From the IMG/VR virus record IMGVR_UViG_3300011266_000026: a stretch of 37,995 nucleotides of DNA; one strand, given 5' to 3'. Below are positions 1 through 7,283 of the stretch, piece after piece. The stretch comes from a virus. Numbering within the stretch: position 1 is the stretch's first letter; every line of letters starts with the position of its first letter. Below the pieces are notes generated by a model. The model was not told where the DNA came from. It saw nothing but the letters and a program-made list of their open reading frames with translations, and made no database searches. The position numbers were made by a program, and so were the translations under genes.

Positions 1-183
1 ATTACTCCAGAAAACAAACCTGTTGTTCATGGTGCTCGGATGTTGTGTGATCAAGCTGTTGACTATTGGGATCGTATTGCTCAAGCTCATTACTGGTATC
101 TTAAACACCTTGGCAATTCAGACGTAGCCTACAAGATTAAAGATGAATTTGTTGCTAAGGGATTGAATGCACGATATTTTTGA
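1..183 (+). CDS. hypothetical protein, C-terminal fragment (start lies upstream of window)
   Basis: Frame 1 is open from the window edge to TGA 181-183 (...FVAKGLNARYF*). Same strand and composition as the following early genes. Confidence 0.45.
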   Translation: MTPENKPVVHGARMLCDQAVDYWDRIAQAHYWYLKHLGNSDVAYKIKDEFVAKGLNARYF

Positions 184-190
184 AATCCTC

Positions 191-218
191 TTGACATAGT
201 TCAACAAATACATAGGAT
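191..218 (+). promoter_or_regulatory. sigma70-type promoter TTGACA-N16-TAGGAT; -10 ends 7 nt before ATG 226
   Basis: TTGACA 191-196 and TAGGAT 213-218. Near-duplicate of the promoter at 1892-1919. Confidence 0.6.
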
Positions 219-225
219 TTTTATC

Positions 226-1107
226 ATGAAACGAAAATCTTTTCGGGAACAGATGGCGGCAGTGATTGAGAAGCGGTACAAGAATGACTCCGCAGACTCC
301 AAGAAGCGGTATCTTGCTGAGGCTACCACACCCGCTGCCGAAACCTTGATTATCAATATTCGCCAATGGCCTTCGCTCTACAGCAGCCGCAATCAAGCAT
401 TGGGACATCTTATTGAGTCTCATCGGTGGAATGACAAGGGAGAATTGGTGCTTGAACGTAATTTCAAAGGTCGTGCCTATCCAATGGAATTGCCGTTGCA
501 CATGGCTTATGAAAGATACCGTTTCGGTGACTTGAGACATACATATTTTCCGAGCTTCAGTTTTTCTGGAGCGTTAAAAGTCATCCCCTCACAAATTGCG
601 AAGGATTGGGAAGCTGAAGTCAAAGAACTTTTTCAGGATATTAACGGCATATCCATAAGTGCCGTTAAAATCATTGCTTTGGGAAAGGCTGTTAAATCTC
701 TTGGAGTAGGAAATCCATATACGTATGTTGAAATGGATCGGCATGTAACGGATTGGAAAAATGCTCAAACTGCCATTGATGCTTTTGCAATGAACCGCAA
801 GGGATGGGAATATCTCACTGTGGCAAGTCTTCAAGATCCTAAACCCAAACAAGAAATGTCAAAGGTGCTTGAAGACATACTTGCTAAAGCCGATGAGGTT
901 GTTGAACCTTCTTTCAAGGCTATCCGAGAGCAAAACCGCCGATTGTATATTCGTCAAGATGCTACTGGAGCACGTAATCACATTAAGTCATTGACGGGGT
1001 TTTTTAAGAAGTATGGTCAAACAGATTTGTCGGGATTGACACCAGTGACTGAATTGATAAACAGTCTTGAAAAACAATGTTTGGACGCCAAGCCAGTTAA
1101 AGCTTGA
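226..1107 (+). CDS. hypothetical early protein (293 aa)
   Basis: Long ORF directly downstream of a promoter. The antisense ORFs 118-540 and 589-852 are shorter and low-complexity. No family recognised. Confidence 0.8.
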   Translation: MKRKSFREQMAAVIEKRYKNDSADSKKRYLAEATTPAAETLIINIRQWPSLYSSRNQALGHLIESHRWNDKGELVLERNFKGRAYPMELPLHMAYERYRFGDLRHTYFPSFSFSGALKVIPSQIAKDWEAEVKELFQDINGISISAVKIIALGKAVKSLGVGNPYTYVEMDRHVTDWKNAQTAIDAFAMNRKGWEYLTVASLQDPKPKQEMSKVLEDILAKADEVVEPSFKAIREQNRRLYIRQDATGARNHIKSLTGFFKKYGQTDLSGLTPVTELINSLEKQCLDAKPVKA

Positions 1108-1131
1108 CATAAATAAACAAATCCGTAGAGT
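1104..1131 (+). promoter_or_regulatory. sigma70-type promoter TTGACA-N16-TAGAGT; 6 nt to ATG 1138
   Basis: TTGACA 1104-1109 contains the TGA stop (1105-1107) of the upstream gene. TAGAGT lies at 1126-1131. Confidence 0.55.
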
Positions 1132-1137
1132 GGAGCC

Positions 1138-1464
1138 ATGAATATACGTTTTCTTCCTAATGGTAATCTTGAAATGACTCTGGACACGGTTGAGCAAAAG
1201 GAACTTGCCGAGCGTCTTGAAATGGCAAAACTTGCTGGAACTTCTACATTTATTTTGGAGTCGGAATTCATTACCGAACATCTTTCAAATCCCATGAATA
1301 ATGGGGTGAGCTATGAGCAGGTTCGTCCCGAGGATGTTGGGGCATTGACAGATGCTCCTTTGATTTCCGATGGAACTAACGTCTATGGGTTCATGGACTA
1401 CCAAGTCAAAGACTTGTTGACAGAACTCGCCAGAGGAAATTCGGTAATCTGGCAAAAGGGTTAA
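1138..1464 (+). CDS. hypothetical acidic early protein (108 aa)
   Basis: ORF with promoter and terminator. D/E clearly outnumber K/R by eye. No family recognised. Confidence 0.8.
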   Translation: MNIRFLPNGNLEMTLDTVEQKELAERLEMAKLAGTSTFILESEFITEHLSNPMNNGVSYEQVRPEDVGALTDAPLISDGTNVYGFMDYQVKDLLTELARGNSVIWQKG

Positions 1465-1487
1465 TTTCACCGAAAGCATTTTTAATC

Positions 1488-1512
1488 AGCCCCGGACCTC
1501 CGGGGCTTTTTT
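1488..1512 (+). terminator. rho-independent terminator
   Basis: AGCCCCGGA/TCCGGGGCT stem followed by a T-run. Confidence 0.75.
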
Positions 1513-1555
1513 ATTTTCACCACTATCACCGAAGTTCTGACCGGAGTTTGTCGAG

Positions 1556-1579
1556 AGTATTTACAGGATTAAAAATACT
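1556..1579 (-). repeat. 24-nt intergenic hairpin motif, inverted copy
   Basis: AGTATTTACAGGATTAAAAATACT is the exact reverse complement of the copy at 5994-6017. Confidence 0.85.
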
Positions 1580-1632
1580 TTAATCCTCCAGAACTGAGGG
1601 TTATGTTTCTATAATAAATGTTGAGAAATACC

Positions 1633-1660
1633 TTGACATTTTTATACTTTTTAAGAGAAT
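1633..1660 (+). promoter_or_regulatory. sigma70-type promoter TTGACA-N16-GAGAAT; 6 nt to ATG 1667
   Basis: TTGACA 1633-1638 and GAGAAT 1655-1660. Confidence 0.5.
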
Positions 1661-1666
1661 TGTATT

Positions 1667-1885
1667 ATGAATTTGACCGAAACCCATTATTACAATGGAC
1701 AAGAAGCATACGAAGAAGACGTACGCCGCAGCAAGCAAACCGACCGCCCCACGTGGGAACAACTCACGCTCCAACAACAAGAGCAATGGAACTCTCGTCC
1801 ACAACCGAGAACATGGGGTGACTATTGGGAACCCGATGGTACAAAAAAATGGGGTGTCGTGGGGGTTCCTGAATATTTTGGATAA
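1667..1885 (+). CDS. hypothetical small early protein (72 aa)
   Basis: Chosen among three overlapping frames because its ATG sits at the conserved 6-nt distance from the -10. Confidence 0.55.
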   Translation: MNLTETHYYNGQEAYEEDVRRSKQTDRPTWEQLTLQQQEQWNSRPQPRTWGDYWEPDGTKKWGVVGVPEYFG

Positions 1886-1891
1886 AATCCC

Positions 1892-1919
1892 TTGACATAG
1901 TTAAACAAAATCATAGAAT
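1892..1919 (+). promoter_or_regulatory. sigma70-type promoter TTGACA-N16-TAGAAT; 6 nt to ATG 1926
   Basis: TTGACA 1892-1897 and TAGAAT 1914-1919. About 40 nt are similar to 184-226. Confidence 0.65.
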
Positions 1920-1925
1920 GGAACC

Positions 1926-2204
1926 ATGACAAAAGAACTCGCTGATTTTCTCAAGAAGGCAACCGAACACTGCGGTCAACAAGAAATTGATGTTCGGGAA
2001 GATTACAGTGGCCGAGGAATGATGGGTCGCACTACTCATGCCGTTGTAGTTGATAGTGTGACGGAACTCATGATGAATTGCATTCAATATATTCGTGAGG
2101 GATTAGAATTCAATTCTCCTGCTATTACCGATTTTATTCCCGATGTTTCTGACATGGGAATGCTTCGCACGGATAACATGGCTCGGCAAACGGTTCTCTA
2201 CTGA
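1926..2204 (+). CDS. hypothetical early protein (92 aa)
   Basis: ORF at the promoter; no family recognised. Confidence 0.75.
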   Translation: MTKELADFLKKATEHCGQQEIDVREDYSGRGMMGRTTHAVVVDSVTELMMNCIQYIREGLEFNSPAITDFIPDVSDMGMLRTDNMARQTVLY

Positions 2205-2205
2205 T

Positions 2206-2571
2206 ATGGAAGAATACGATGCCAGTTGGGATTTTGACGTTTTAGTGTTCATTCCGAACTCAATGACATGGGAAGAAGCTTACCAAGCAACCAAACATCT
2301 GATTGCTGCCAGCAAAATGTCCCATCTGACAAATCCGCATCATTGGGATAAAAAACATTTAAACAATCCAAACTTCTCATGGGAAGGTGGTTATATCTGG
2401 CGGCTGACAATGAATTTTCACAAACTTCCAGAAGGCTATCGGTACTTGACAGAAGGTGAAATAATTGAGAGAACAGACATTTATTGGAGTCTGACAAATT
2501 ATTGGAAACCAGCATACGCTGTTGGTTATACGTGGACACCAGAATATGCAATTTACGCCAGAAAAATATGA
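2206..2571 (+). CDS. hypothetical early protein (121 aa)
   Basis: ATG 2206 lies 1 nt after the upstream TGA. The track ORF start at 2143 would overlap the previous gene. Confidence 0.7.
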   Translation: MEEYDASWDFDVLVFIPNSMTWEEAYQATKHLIAASKMSHLTNPHHWDKKHLNNPNFSWEGGYIWRLTMNFHKLPEGYRYLTEGEIIERTDIYWSLTNYWKPAYAVGYTWTPEYAIYARKI

Positions 2572-2780
2572 AACGTTTTGCTTTTCTTCAGTTATTTCCT
2601 ACACCACATCCCGATATGTACAATACATCGGGAAATAAAGTAATGGATGAACATTCTTGTTCGTCATTTCAAGAAGCAGTCATTGAATTCCGTCGTCGGT
2701 TTCCTCACCTGAACCTCAATGATAATGGATATTCTAAAGTAGGAAATTCTTCATTTTGTATTGCTGAATATTTTTGTTGA
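2568..2780 (+). CDS. hypothetical early protein (70 aa)
   Basis: ATGA overlap with the upstream stop (2568-2571) suggests translational coupling. Confidence 0.6.
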   Translation: MKRFAFLQLFPTPHPDMYNTSGNKVMDEHSCSSFQEAVIEFRRRFPHLNLNDNGYSKVGNSSFCIAEYFC

Positions 2781-2804
2781 CATTTTTATAGAAATAGACA
2801 AGAT
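2777..2804 (+). promoter_or_regulatory. sigma70-type promoter TTGACA-N16-CAAGAT; 7 nt to ATG 2812
   Basis: TTGACA 2777-2782 overlaps the upstream stop. The -10 is weak. Confidence 0.4.
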
Positions 2805-2811
2805 GTTAACT

Positions 2812-3000
2812 ATGAGAGCAAACCTTTATTTGCGTGAATTGGGGAGGAATGAGACCATTCAACTCGGTGATTTTCATTCCCTGAATGAGTGTGGTTTGGA
2901 AACCATTAAAAATATGGAAACTATTGGCCAGACTCCTGCTGATTTTAGTAGGGATCGAAAATTCTTTCGGCCAACGTCTATTGATGTAATTAACAAATAA
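2812..3000 (+). CDS. hypothetical small early protein (62 aa; alternative start 2803)
   Basis: The upstream part of the ORF contains the promoter, so a downstream ATG was taken. Confidence 0.55.
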   Translation: MRANLYLRELGRNETIQLGDFHSLNECGLETIKNMETIGQTPADFSRDRKFFRPTSIDVINK

Positions 3001-3005
3001 GGACT

Positions 3006-3428
3006 ATGAAAAAAGCAATTAAGTCAACACAACAGGAATTTGAAAGTTCTTCAGGAAGGACTCCTGAATATCTTGCATGGCACCGTCTCTTCAAAAGGGA
3101 ATTTAGCAAATTCCTCACCGAATACGGAGCTACTGACATTCAAATTGGAAAACCCAATCACTTTAATATGAGTGGGTTTTTTACTGTGAATGGACAAGCA
3201 TGGTACTTTTCTATCAGCGATATTCGCTGGAGTAAGGACAAAATGCTTATTCGCACAGCAAAAAGTTACAAGGACTATACTGGCGGAATGAACCAGTACG
3301 CTTCTCTTTGTTCCGAGGAAGCTTTCACCGATGCTTTCAAGAGGATTGTGAAACGTGGAGACTTTCCCAGTTCTGGGAACCTCGTGACTGACATTAATAA
3401 CGCTCAGTTGCGCTACGCAACGACGTAA
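3006..3428 (+). CDS. hypothetical early protein (140 aa)
   Basis: ORF followed by TAATTTCACCGAAGC and a terminator. No family recognised. Confidence 0.8.
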   Translation: MKKAIKSTQQEFESSSGRTPEYLAWHRLFKREFSKFLTEYGATDIQIGKPNHFNMSGFFTVNGQAWYFSISDIRWSKDKMLIRTAKSYKDYTGGMNQYASLCSEEAFTDAFKRIVKRGDFPSSGNLVTDINNAQLRYATT

Positions 3429-3449
3429 TTTCACCGAAGCTATTTACAG

Positions 3450-3477
3450 TCCCCGGATAACCTCCGGGGATTTTTTA
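3450..3477 (+). terminator. rho-independent terminator
   Basis: TCCCCGGA/TCCGGGGA stem plus T6. Confidence 0.8.
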
Positions 3478-3480
3478 TTT

Positions 3481-3498
3481 TTCACCGACCTTCACCGA
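3481..3498 (+). repeat. two tandem TTCACCGA boxes
   Basis: TTCACCGA at 3481-3488 and 3491-3498. The same octamer or a 1-mismatch variant occurs at 1466, 1516, 1525, 3430, 5961, 7251 and 7322. Confidence 0.7.
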
Positions 3499-3520
3499 TC
3501 TAGCTGCATCTCCAGCATTG

Positions 3521-3544
3521 AGTATTTTGAGTCCTGTAAATACT
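3521..3544 (+). repeat. 24-nt intergenic hairpin motif
   Basis: AGTATTTTGAGTCCTGTAAATACT has 7-bp arms AGTATTT/AAATACT and is identical to 4605-4628. Confidence 0.85.
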
Positions 3545-3620
3545 TCTCGATGATCCCGTCCGGGACAAAAACAAGGTACCAAAAAGATTTTTATACTTTT
3601 CTATTGCATTTTTTTATAGA

Positions 3621-4253
3621 ATGGCTAAAGTGTTAACTGTCGGAAGCAAACACGCTCCGAATAAAACGACAAGTCAAATGAACAAAACAATCGTATCAAT
3701 TCAGAGTCACCTTGAAATGGTAGGGTTTATCAAATCCAATGGTACCCAATGCCGTTTCGTTTCCATGGTTTCGGAAACTGAACCGAAACTGAAAAAGTCA
3801 TGTCCTTTCGTTGGCGTGAAGAAAATCAGTCGCAAGCGTGGCATGATTAACGCCAATTACAATACGGCAGTTCGCAAGCGTATTGCTGAACGTCTCGGGG
3901 TTGACTTCAAAGAAGTTGAATATCAAAACGGTGACGTGTGGTATATGCACCTGAACACAACTGACGGGAAAGCTCTCCCGTTGTGTGTCAACAAGAAAAC
4001 CCCCGATAACGGCGAATACTATCTGCAATTTTATCCGACTCACAGCGAGGACGTTTATCAGCTTCCCAACGGCGAAATCGTTCAGGAGTCGCAACTTGAG
4101 CCGTATTTTTACGCTCGTTCCGCTCGCTCCGAATTCAAACCTGTGGTTATCAGTCTCAAGGTTTCCAATATCAAAGAACTGCGAGCCTCGGGAGTCATCA
4201 TGCAAGCTGAAGACTTGGCAGATGCTGAAGCGGCCTTGGCAACCATTCAATAA
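3621..4253 (+). CDS. hypothetical early protein (210 aa)
   Basis: Long ORF; the antisense 3798-4286 was rejected. The start is uncertain because no clean promoter spacing was seen. Confidence 0.75.
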   Translation: MAKVLTVGSKHAPNKTTSQMNKTIVSIQSHLEMVGFIKSNGTQCRFVSMVSETEPKLKKSCPFVGVKKISRKRGMINANYNTAVRKRIAERLGVDFKEVEYQNGDVWYMHLNTTDGKALPLCVNKKTPDNGEYYLQFYPTHSEDVYQLPNGEIVQESQLEPYFYARSARSEFKPVVISLKVSNIKELRASGVIMQAEDLADAEAALATIQ

Positions 4254-4271
4254 CTTCAACCATTCTTTCTT

Positions 4272-4499
4272 ATGATGGCGACACAATTTAAATTACCAAC
4301 TTCAACCATGTGCATTGTTGTTTGGTACCGTAACAACAAACGGAATGAAGTATTGATGCCAACTCCCCAATCAAATAGGGGATTGGCTGAAATAATGTTT
4401 TCAAAACATCATGTCGGCCCCTCCGAAATTCGTGCAGTTAAGTCCGTAGATGCACAAGATTTGAAATTGCACGTGGCTGCGAATTTTGGTCGCCGCTAA
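4272..4499 (+). CDS. hypothetical small protein (75 aa)
   Basis: ORF followed by two hairpins (4516-4538 and 4544-4576). Confidence 0.6.
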   Translation: MMATQFKLPTSTMCIVVWYRNNKRNEVLMPTPQSNRGLAEIMFSKHHVGPSEIRAVKSVDAQDLKLHVAANFGRR

Positions 4500-4543
4500 T
4501 GCGGCACTTGTCGCACGCTAAGGACTGTTCACCTTAGCAATCT

Positions 4544-4584
4544 AATCCCTTGGAACTCAATTGTTTCAAGGGATTTTGTTTTAT
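4544..4584 (+). terminator. rho-independent terminator
   Basis: AATCCCTTG/CAAGGGATT stem followed by TTTGTTTT. Confidence 0.7.
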
Positions 4585-4604
4585 GACTTTTTACTTGAAC
4601 AGGG

Positions 4605-4628
4605 AGTATTTTGAGTCCTGTAAATACT
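4605..4628 (+). repeat. 24-nt intergenic hairpin motif
   Basis: Identical to 3521-3544. Confidence 0.85.
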
Positions 4629-4688
4629 TGGTGGATCGGATGAGATCTATAATTCGGCATACAAGTAAAAAGAAAAATAAAAAAACTG

Positions 4689-4716
4689 TTGACTTCAGGT
4701 CATATCTCTATATGAT
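4689..4716 (+). promoter_or_regulatory. sigma70-type promoter TTGACT-N16-TATGAT with A-rich upstream element; 5 nt to ATG 4722
   Basis: TTGACT 4689-4694 and TATGAT 4711-4716. An A-tract lies at 4667-4686. Confidence 0.6.
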
Positions 4717-4721
4717 GACCC

Positions 4722-4802
4722 ATGTCTAAATTGACGTGTCAAATTGCTGGCACTGATAAGAAGACTCCCGCACTTGGAAAAGGTGCTGTCGGCAACATAT
4801 AG
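4722..4802 (+). CDS. candidate 26-aa leader ORF (MSKLTCQIAGTDKKTPALGKGAVGNI)
   Basis: The ATG sits at leaderless distance from the -10. Its stop lies 6 nt before the DUF932 ATG, which has no SD. Confidence 0.3.
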   Translation: MSKLTCQIAGTDKKTPALGKGAVGNI

Positions 4803-4808
4803 CTAAAC

Positions 4809-5897
4809 ATGTCTGGAATTCTTCTTACCCAAGCCCATAATCAATGGGCAACTCGTCCTCAAGATCAACGTTTTCAATCCCTTGATGACCTGTACACCTC
4901 CGTTAACAGTCGTCGTATGCGTGCTCGCACTGCGGACATTCCCCTGAAAAATGTCAGTGCGATTGAAAGCAATGGAAAGCTGCTTCTTAATCATGGCATT
5001 AAAGAAGTCGCACCTTCTCACTGGTCATTTACTCAACTTTCTTCGTGGATTGCTGCACCAGCAGATTATCTCCGTCGTTTACCAGTTGACTTGGCAGTGA
5101 AAAATATCAATCACGGCATTCAAGCGTCGGAACACAATGAATTGAAATTCATGACTGTTATTTCGCAGGATGACACTCAACACAATACGCTTCAGGCTTT
5201 GACCAGTACGACGTACGGTCGCATTTGGGATGCTGATGTTGTCACTTGTGCCAAGCGTATCGTTGAGCGCACTGGTGGCCGTTTCTACAATCCCAAAGCT
5301 TATGACCCGCATAAAGGTGGGGTGGTTCCTTCGGGATTGTATGCGTCAGACCGTGACGTTTTCATTTTCATGATTGATGGCGGTTCACTCTTGGATGCTG
5401 GTCCTCGTGCTCAACTGAACCGTGGCTTTTTTCTTTTCAATTCAGAAGTTGGTCGTCGCAAATTCGGATTGATTACTTTCTTATTCAATACGGTTTGCGG
5501 AAATCATTTCGTGTGGGGTGCTCAGAACATTCATGAAATCAGCATTCGGCACACTTCCGGCGGTCCTACTCGCTTTGACTCGGAAGCAATGCCCGCTCTT
5601 GAAGCTTACGTTAATGCCTCGGCAAAAACGGAAGTGGACAAAATCAAAAAGGCGCAAGATTATCTCTTGCCATTCACAACTGATGATGAAATCGTCAAGT
5701 GGCTTCAATCTCGCAAGTTTACCAAAACGGAAGCAACCGAGTCTCTCGCATTCGCCAAGCGGGAAGAGGGTGAATGCAGAACGCTCTGGCAAGCTATTCA
5801 GGGTGTCACCGCATACGCCCGTGGATTTGATTTTGTGGACGCTCGGGTTGAATTGGAAACCAAGGGCGGAAAATTGATGGAAATTATCGGAGCTTAA
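4809..5897 (+). CDS. DUF932-family (phage/plasmid-like) protein
   Basis: LFNSEVGRRKFGLITFLFNTVCGNHFVWGA...IRHTSG matches the NShdG...F..VC.NG.V.G....H.G core as in E. coli YfjQ/YafZ (recalled). Confidence 0.7.
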   Translation: MSGILLTQAHNQWATRPQDQRFQSLDDLYTSVNSRRMRARTADIPLKNVSAIESNGKLLLNHGIKEVAPSHWSFTQLSSWIAAPADYLRRLPVDLAVKNINHGIQASEHNELKFMTVISQDDTQHNTLQALTSTTYGRIWDADVVTCAKRIVERTGGRFYNPKAYDPHKGGVVPSGLYASDRDVFIFMIDGGSLLDAGPRAQLNRGFFLFNSEVGRRKFGLITFLFNTVCGNHFVWGAQNIHEISIRHTSGGPTRFDSEAMPALEAYVNASAKTEVDKIKKAQDYLLPFTTDDEIVKWLQSRKFTKTEATESLAFAKREEGECRTLWQAIQGVTAYARGFDFVDARVELETKGGKLMEIIGA

Positions 5898-5924
5898 ACG
5901 GTTCCTCCCTCTGATAAAATCCAG

Positions 5925-5955
5925 TCCCCTCGGTGAAAGCCGAGGGGATTTTTTA
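5925..5955 (+). terminator. rho-independent terminator
   Basis: TCCCCTCGG/CCGAGGGGA stem plus T-run. Confidence 0.8.
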
Positions 5956-5993
5956 TTATTCTCACCGATCTTTTTCTCTTTCAACGAGTTCCG

Positions 5994-6017
5994 AGTATTT
6001 TTAATCCTGTAAATACT
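5994..6017 (+). repeat. 24-nt intergenic hairpin motif
   Basis: AGTATTTTTAATCCTGTAAATACT. Confidence 0.85.
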
Positions 6018-6065
6018 CATATAAAGATCAGTCAGATCACTTCATTGATCACTATAAAATACATC

Positions 6066-6093
6066 TTGACAAATTGTCTTGGATATAAAAAAT
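6066..6093 (+). promoter_or_regulatory. sigma70-type promoter TTGACA-N16-AAAAAT; 6 nt to ATG 6100
   Basis: TTGACA 6066-6071. Three GATC sites (6026, 6035, 6047) lie just upstream. Confidence 0.45.
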
Positions 6094-6099
6094 GTCTTC

Positions 6100-6582
6100 A
6101 TGCGTTTTTATAGGATTGAAAACTCAGAAAAGAAGGGTTGTTATGCAGGTCTTGGCAAACGAATACTTAATACGGTTGCCACAGTAGAGCATCCAATGCC
6201 GTTTGAAGACTCATTACTTGCACGGGGTCTAATTCGTAAAAACATTTCCGAAACGTTTGATGGTCGCGTCAGATTTGGATTTACGACTATCAAGCAATTT
6301 CGTTCATGGTTCTATGATGATGCAGACATTCGAGTACTTATGGACAACAAGTTTGTTCTTAATGTCTATGATGTTCCCTCAGTAATCAAAGGAAATGCTC
6401 AAGCGGTTATCTTGGCTAAATTTCATACTTCCGACCGTTTAAAGAAAACCATTCCTCTTTGTACATTCCTCTTGACGACAACCTCAAAAATTGTTACGAA
6501 TTCAGAGTGTGATGAACTGCGTTCAGTGTCGGCAAAACAGCCGTGTGGAGCTTTGACATTAACGTCCGAACAACTCGGGTGA
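6100..6582 (+). CDS. hypothetical early protein (160 aa)
   Basis: The track ORF starts at a TTG at 6079. The in-frame ATG 6100 fits the promoter spacing. Confidence 0.7.
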   Translation: MRFYRIENSEKKGCYAGLGKRILNTVATVEHPMPFEDSLLARGLIRKNISETFDGRVRFGFTTIKQFRSWFYDDADIRVLMDNKFVLNVYDVPSVIKGNAQAVILAKFHTSDRLKKTIPLCTFLLTTTSKIVTNSECDELRSVSAKQPCGALTLTSEQLG

Positions 6583-6609
6583 GAGAATTCACAAGTTATT
6601 CACAACTCT

Positions 6610-6647
6610 AACCCCTTCAAGCCGTGTGGTTTGAAGGGTTTTTTCAT
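6610..6647. terminator. bidirectional terminator between convergent genes
   Basis: AACCCCTTCAA/TTGAAGGGGTT 11-bp stem plus T-run. Confidence 0.75.
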
Positions 6648-6649
6648 TT

Positions 6650-7198
6650 TTATCCCACATACCGATTTTTCTTTCTCAGATTGTCAATTTTCAGCTTGGG
6701 CTGAAGATTTGTTAAAGCCCAACATTCTTTAAATTTGGGGTCATCTGTAGAATTATATTTGAACCATGACTTAGGAATAATGTGATCCACATGCCAAACA
6801 GTTCCATAGTTATCCCAAGTAATCCCATCGGTAAACTGTTGTTCAAGATGATGAATTAAATCTTCAACAGTATATCCAACCAAGGTTTCCCATGACCTTC
6901 CAGCTTTCTTTGCTTTTAGTGCATGGTGCATGTTTCCCCGAATGTTATTGCTTAAACGATATAATGGGTCTTTCATTTTTTGTTGGTCCCATGTTCGTTT
7001 CCATAGCTTTTGTTTTTCTTTGTTAGCATCAGCATATTTCTTTCGGGCAAGCTTTCCATTGTCAGTCTTTCTATAATTCATAGTCCGAATTGTATAACAT
7101 ACTTTGCATTCAGACATCTTATTATACTTTCCTTGTGATTTGTTGTAAAACTCTTCCAAGTCCTTTTCTTGCTTACATTTGCTACATATCTTATTCAT
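6650..7198 (-). CDS. HNH homing-endonuclease-like protein
   Basis: N-terminal CxxC...CxxC and WHVDHIIP...NLQP (H-N-H). The gene is AT-rich and sits on the opposite strand inside the GC-richer block. Confidence 0.85.
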   Translation of the reverse strand: MNKICSKCKQEKDLEEFYNKSQGKYNKMSECKVCYTIRTMNYRKTDNGKLARKKYADANKEKQKLWKRTWDQQKMKDPLYRLSNNIRGNMHHALKAKKAGRSWETLVGYTVEDLIHHLEQQFTDGITWDNYGTVWHVDHIIPKSWFKYNSTDDPKFKECWALTNLQPKLKIDNLRKKNRYVG

Positions 7199-7200
7199 TG

Positions 7201-7237
7201 TAAATCCTTTCTACTACATAAATATAGAAAGGATTTA
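7201..7237. promoter_or_regulatory. 13-bp-stem hairpin abutting the HNH start codon
   Basis: TAAATCCTTTCTA (7201-7213) pairs with TAGAAAGGATTTA (7225-7237), 2 nt from ATG 7198. Confidence 0.5.
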
Positions 7238-7259
7238 CAAAACTACTTCTTTCACCGAA

Positions 7260-7283
7260 TGTATTTTTAATCCTGTAAATACT
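7260..7283 (+). repeat. 24-nt intergenic hairpin motif (1 mismatch)
   Basis: TGTATTTTTAATCCTGTAAATACT directly follows TTCACCGA at 7251-7258. Confidence 0.8.

Noticed and set aside
118-540. 140-aa minus-strand ORF, and similar antisense ORFs at 589-852, 988-1295, 3051-3434, 3798-4286, 5079-5312 and 5481-6020
   Set aside because: Each lies antisense to a longer plus-strand ORF that has its own promoter and terminator. Several run through terminator hairpins and intergenic repeats, and their products are low-complexity. They were treated as shadow ORFs of the GC-richer coding strand.
1618-1895. Alternative overlapping frames 1618-1821 and 1695-1895 for the small early gene
   Set aside because: All three frames are open. 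Only ATG 1667 sits at the conserved 6-nt distance from a -10 element, and the 1618 start lies upstream of the promoter. The choice is kept at moderate confidence only.
3594-3622. A leaderless-type promoter for gene 3621-4253
   Set aside because: TAGAAT (3617-3622) overlaps the ATG itself, the matching -35 (TACTTT) is poor, and TTGCAT at 3604 is too close. No convincing geometry was found, so the promoter and exact start of this gene are left open.
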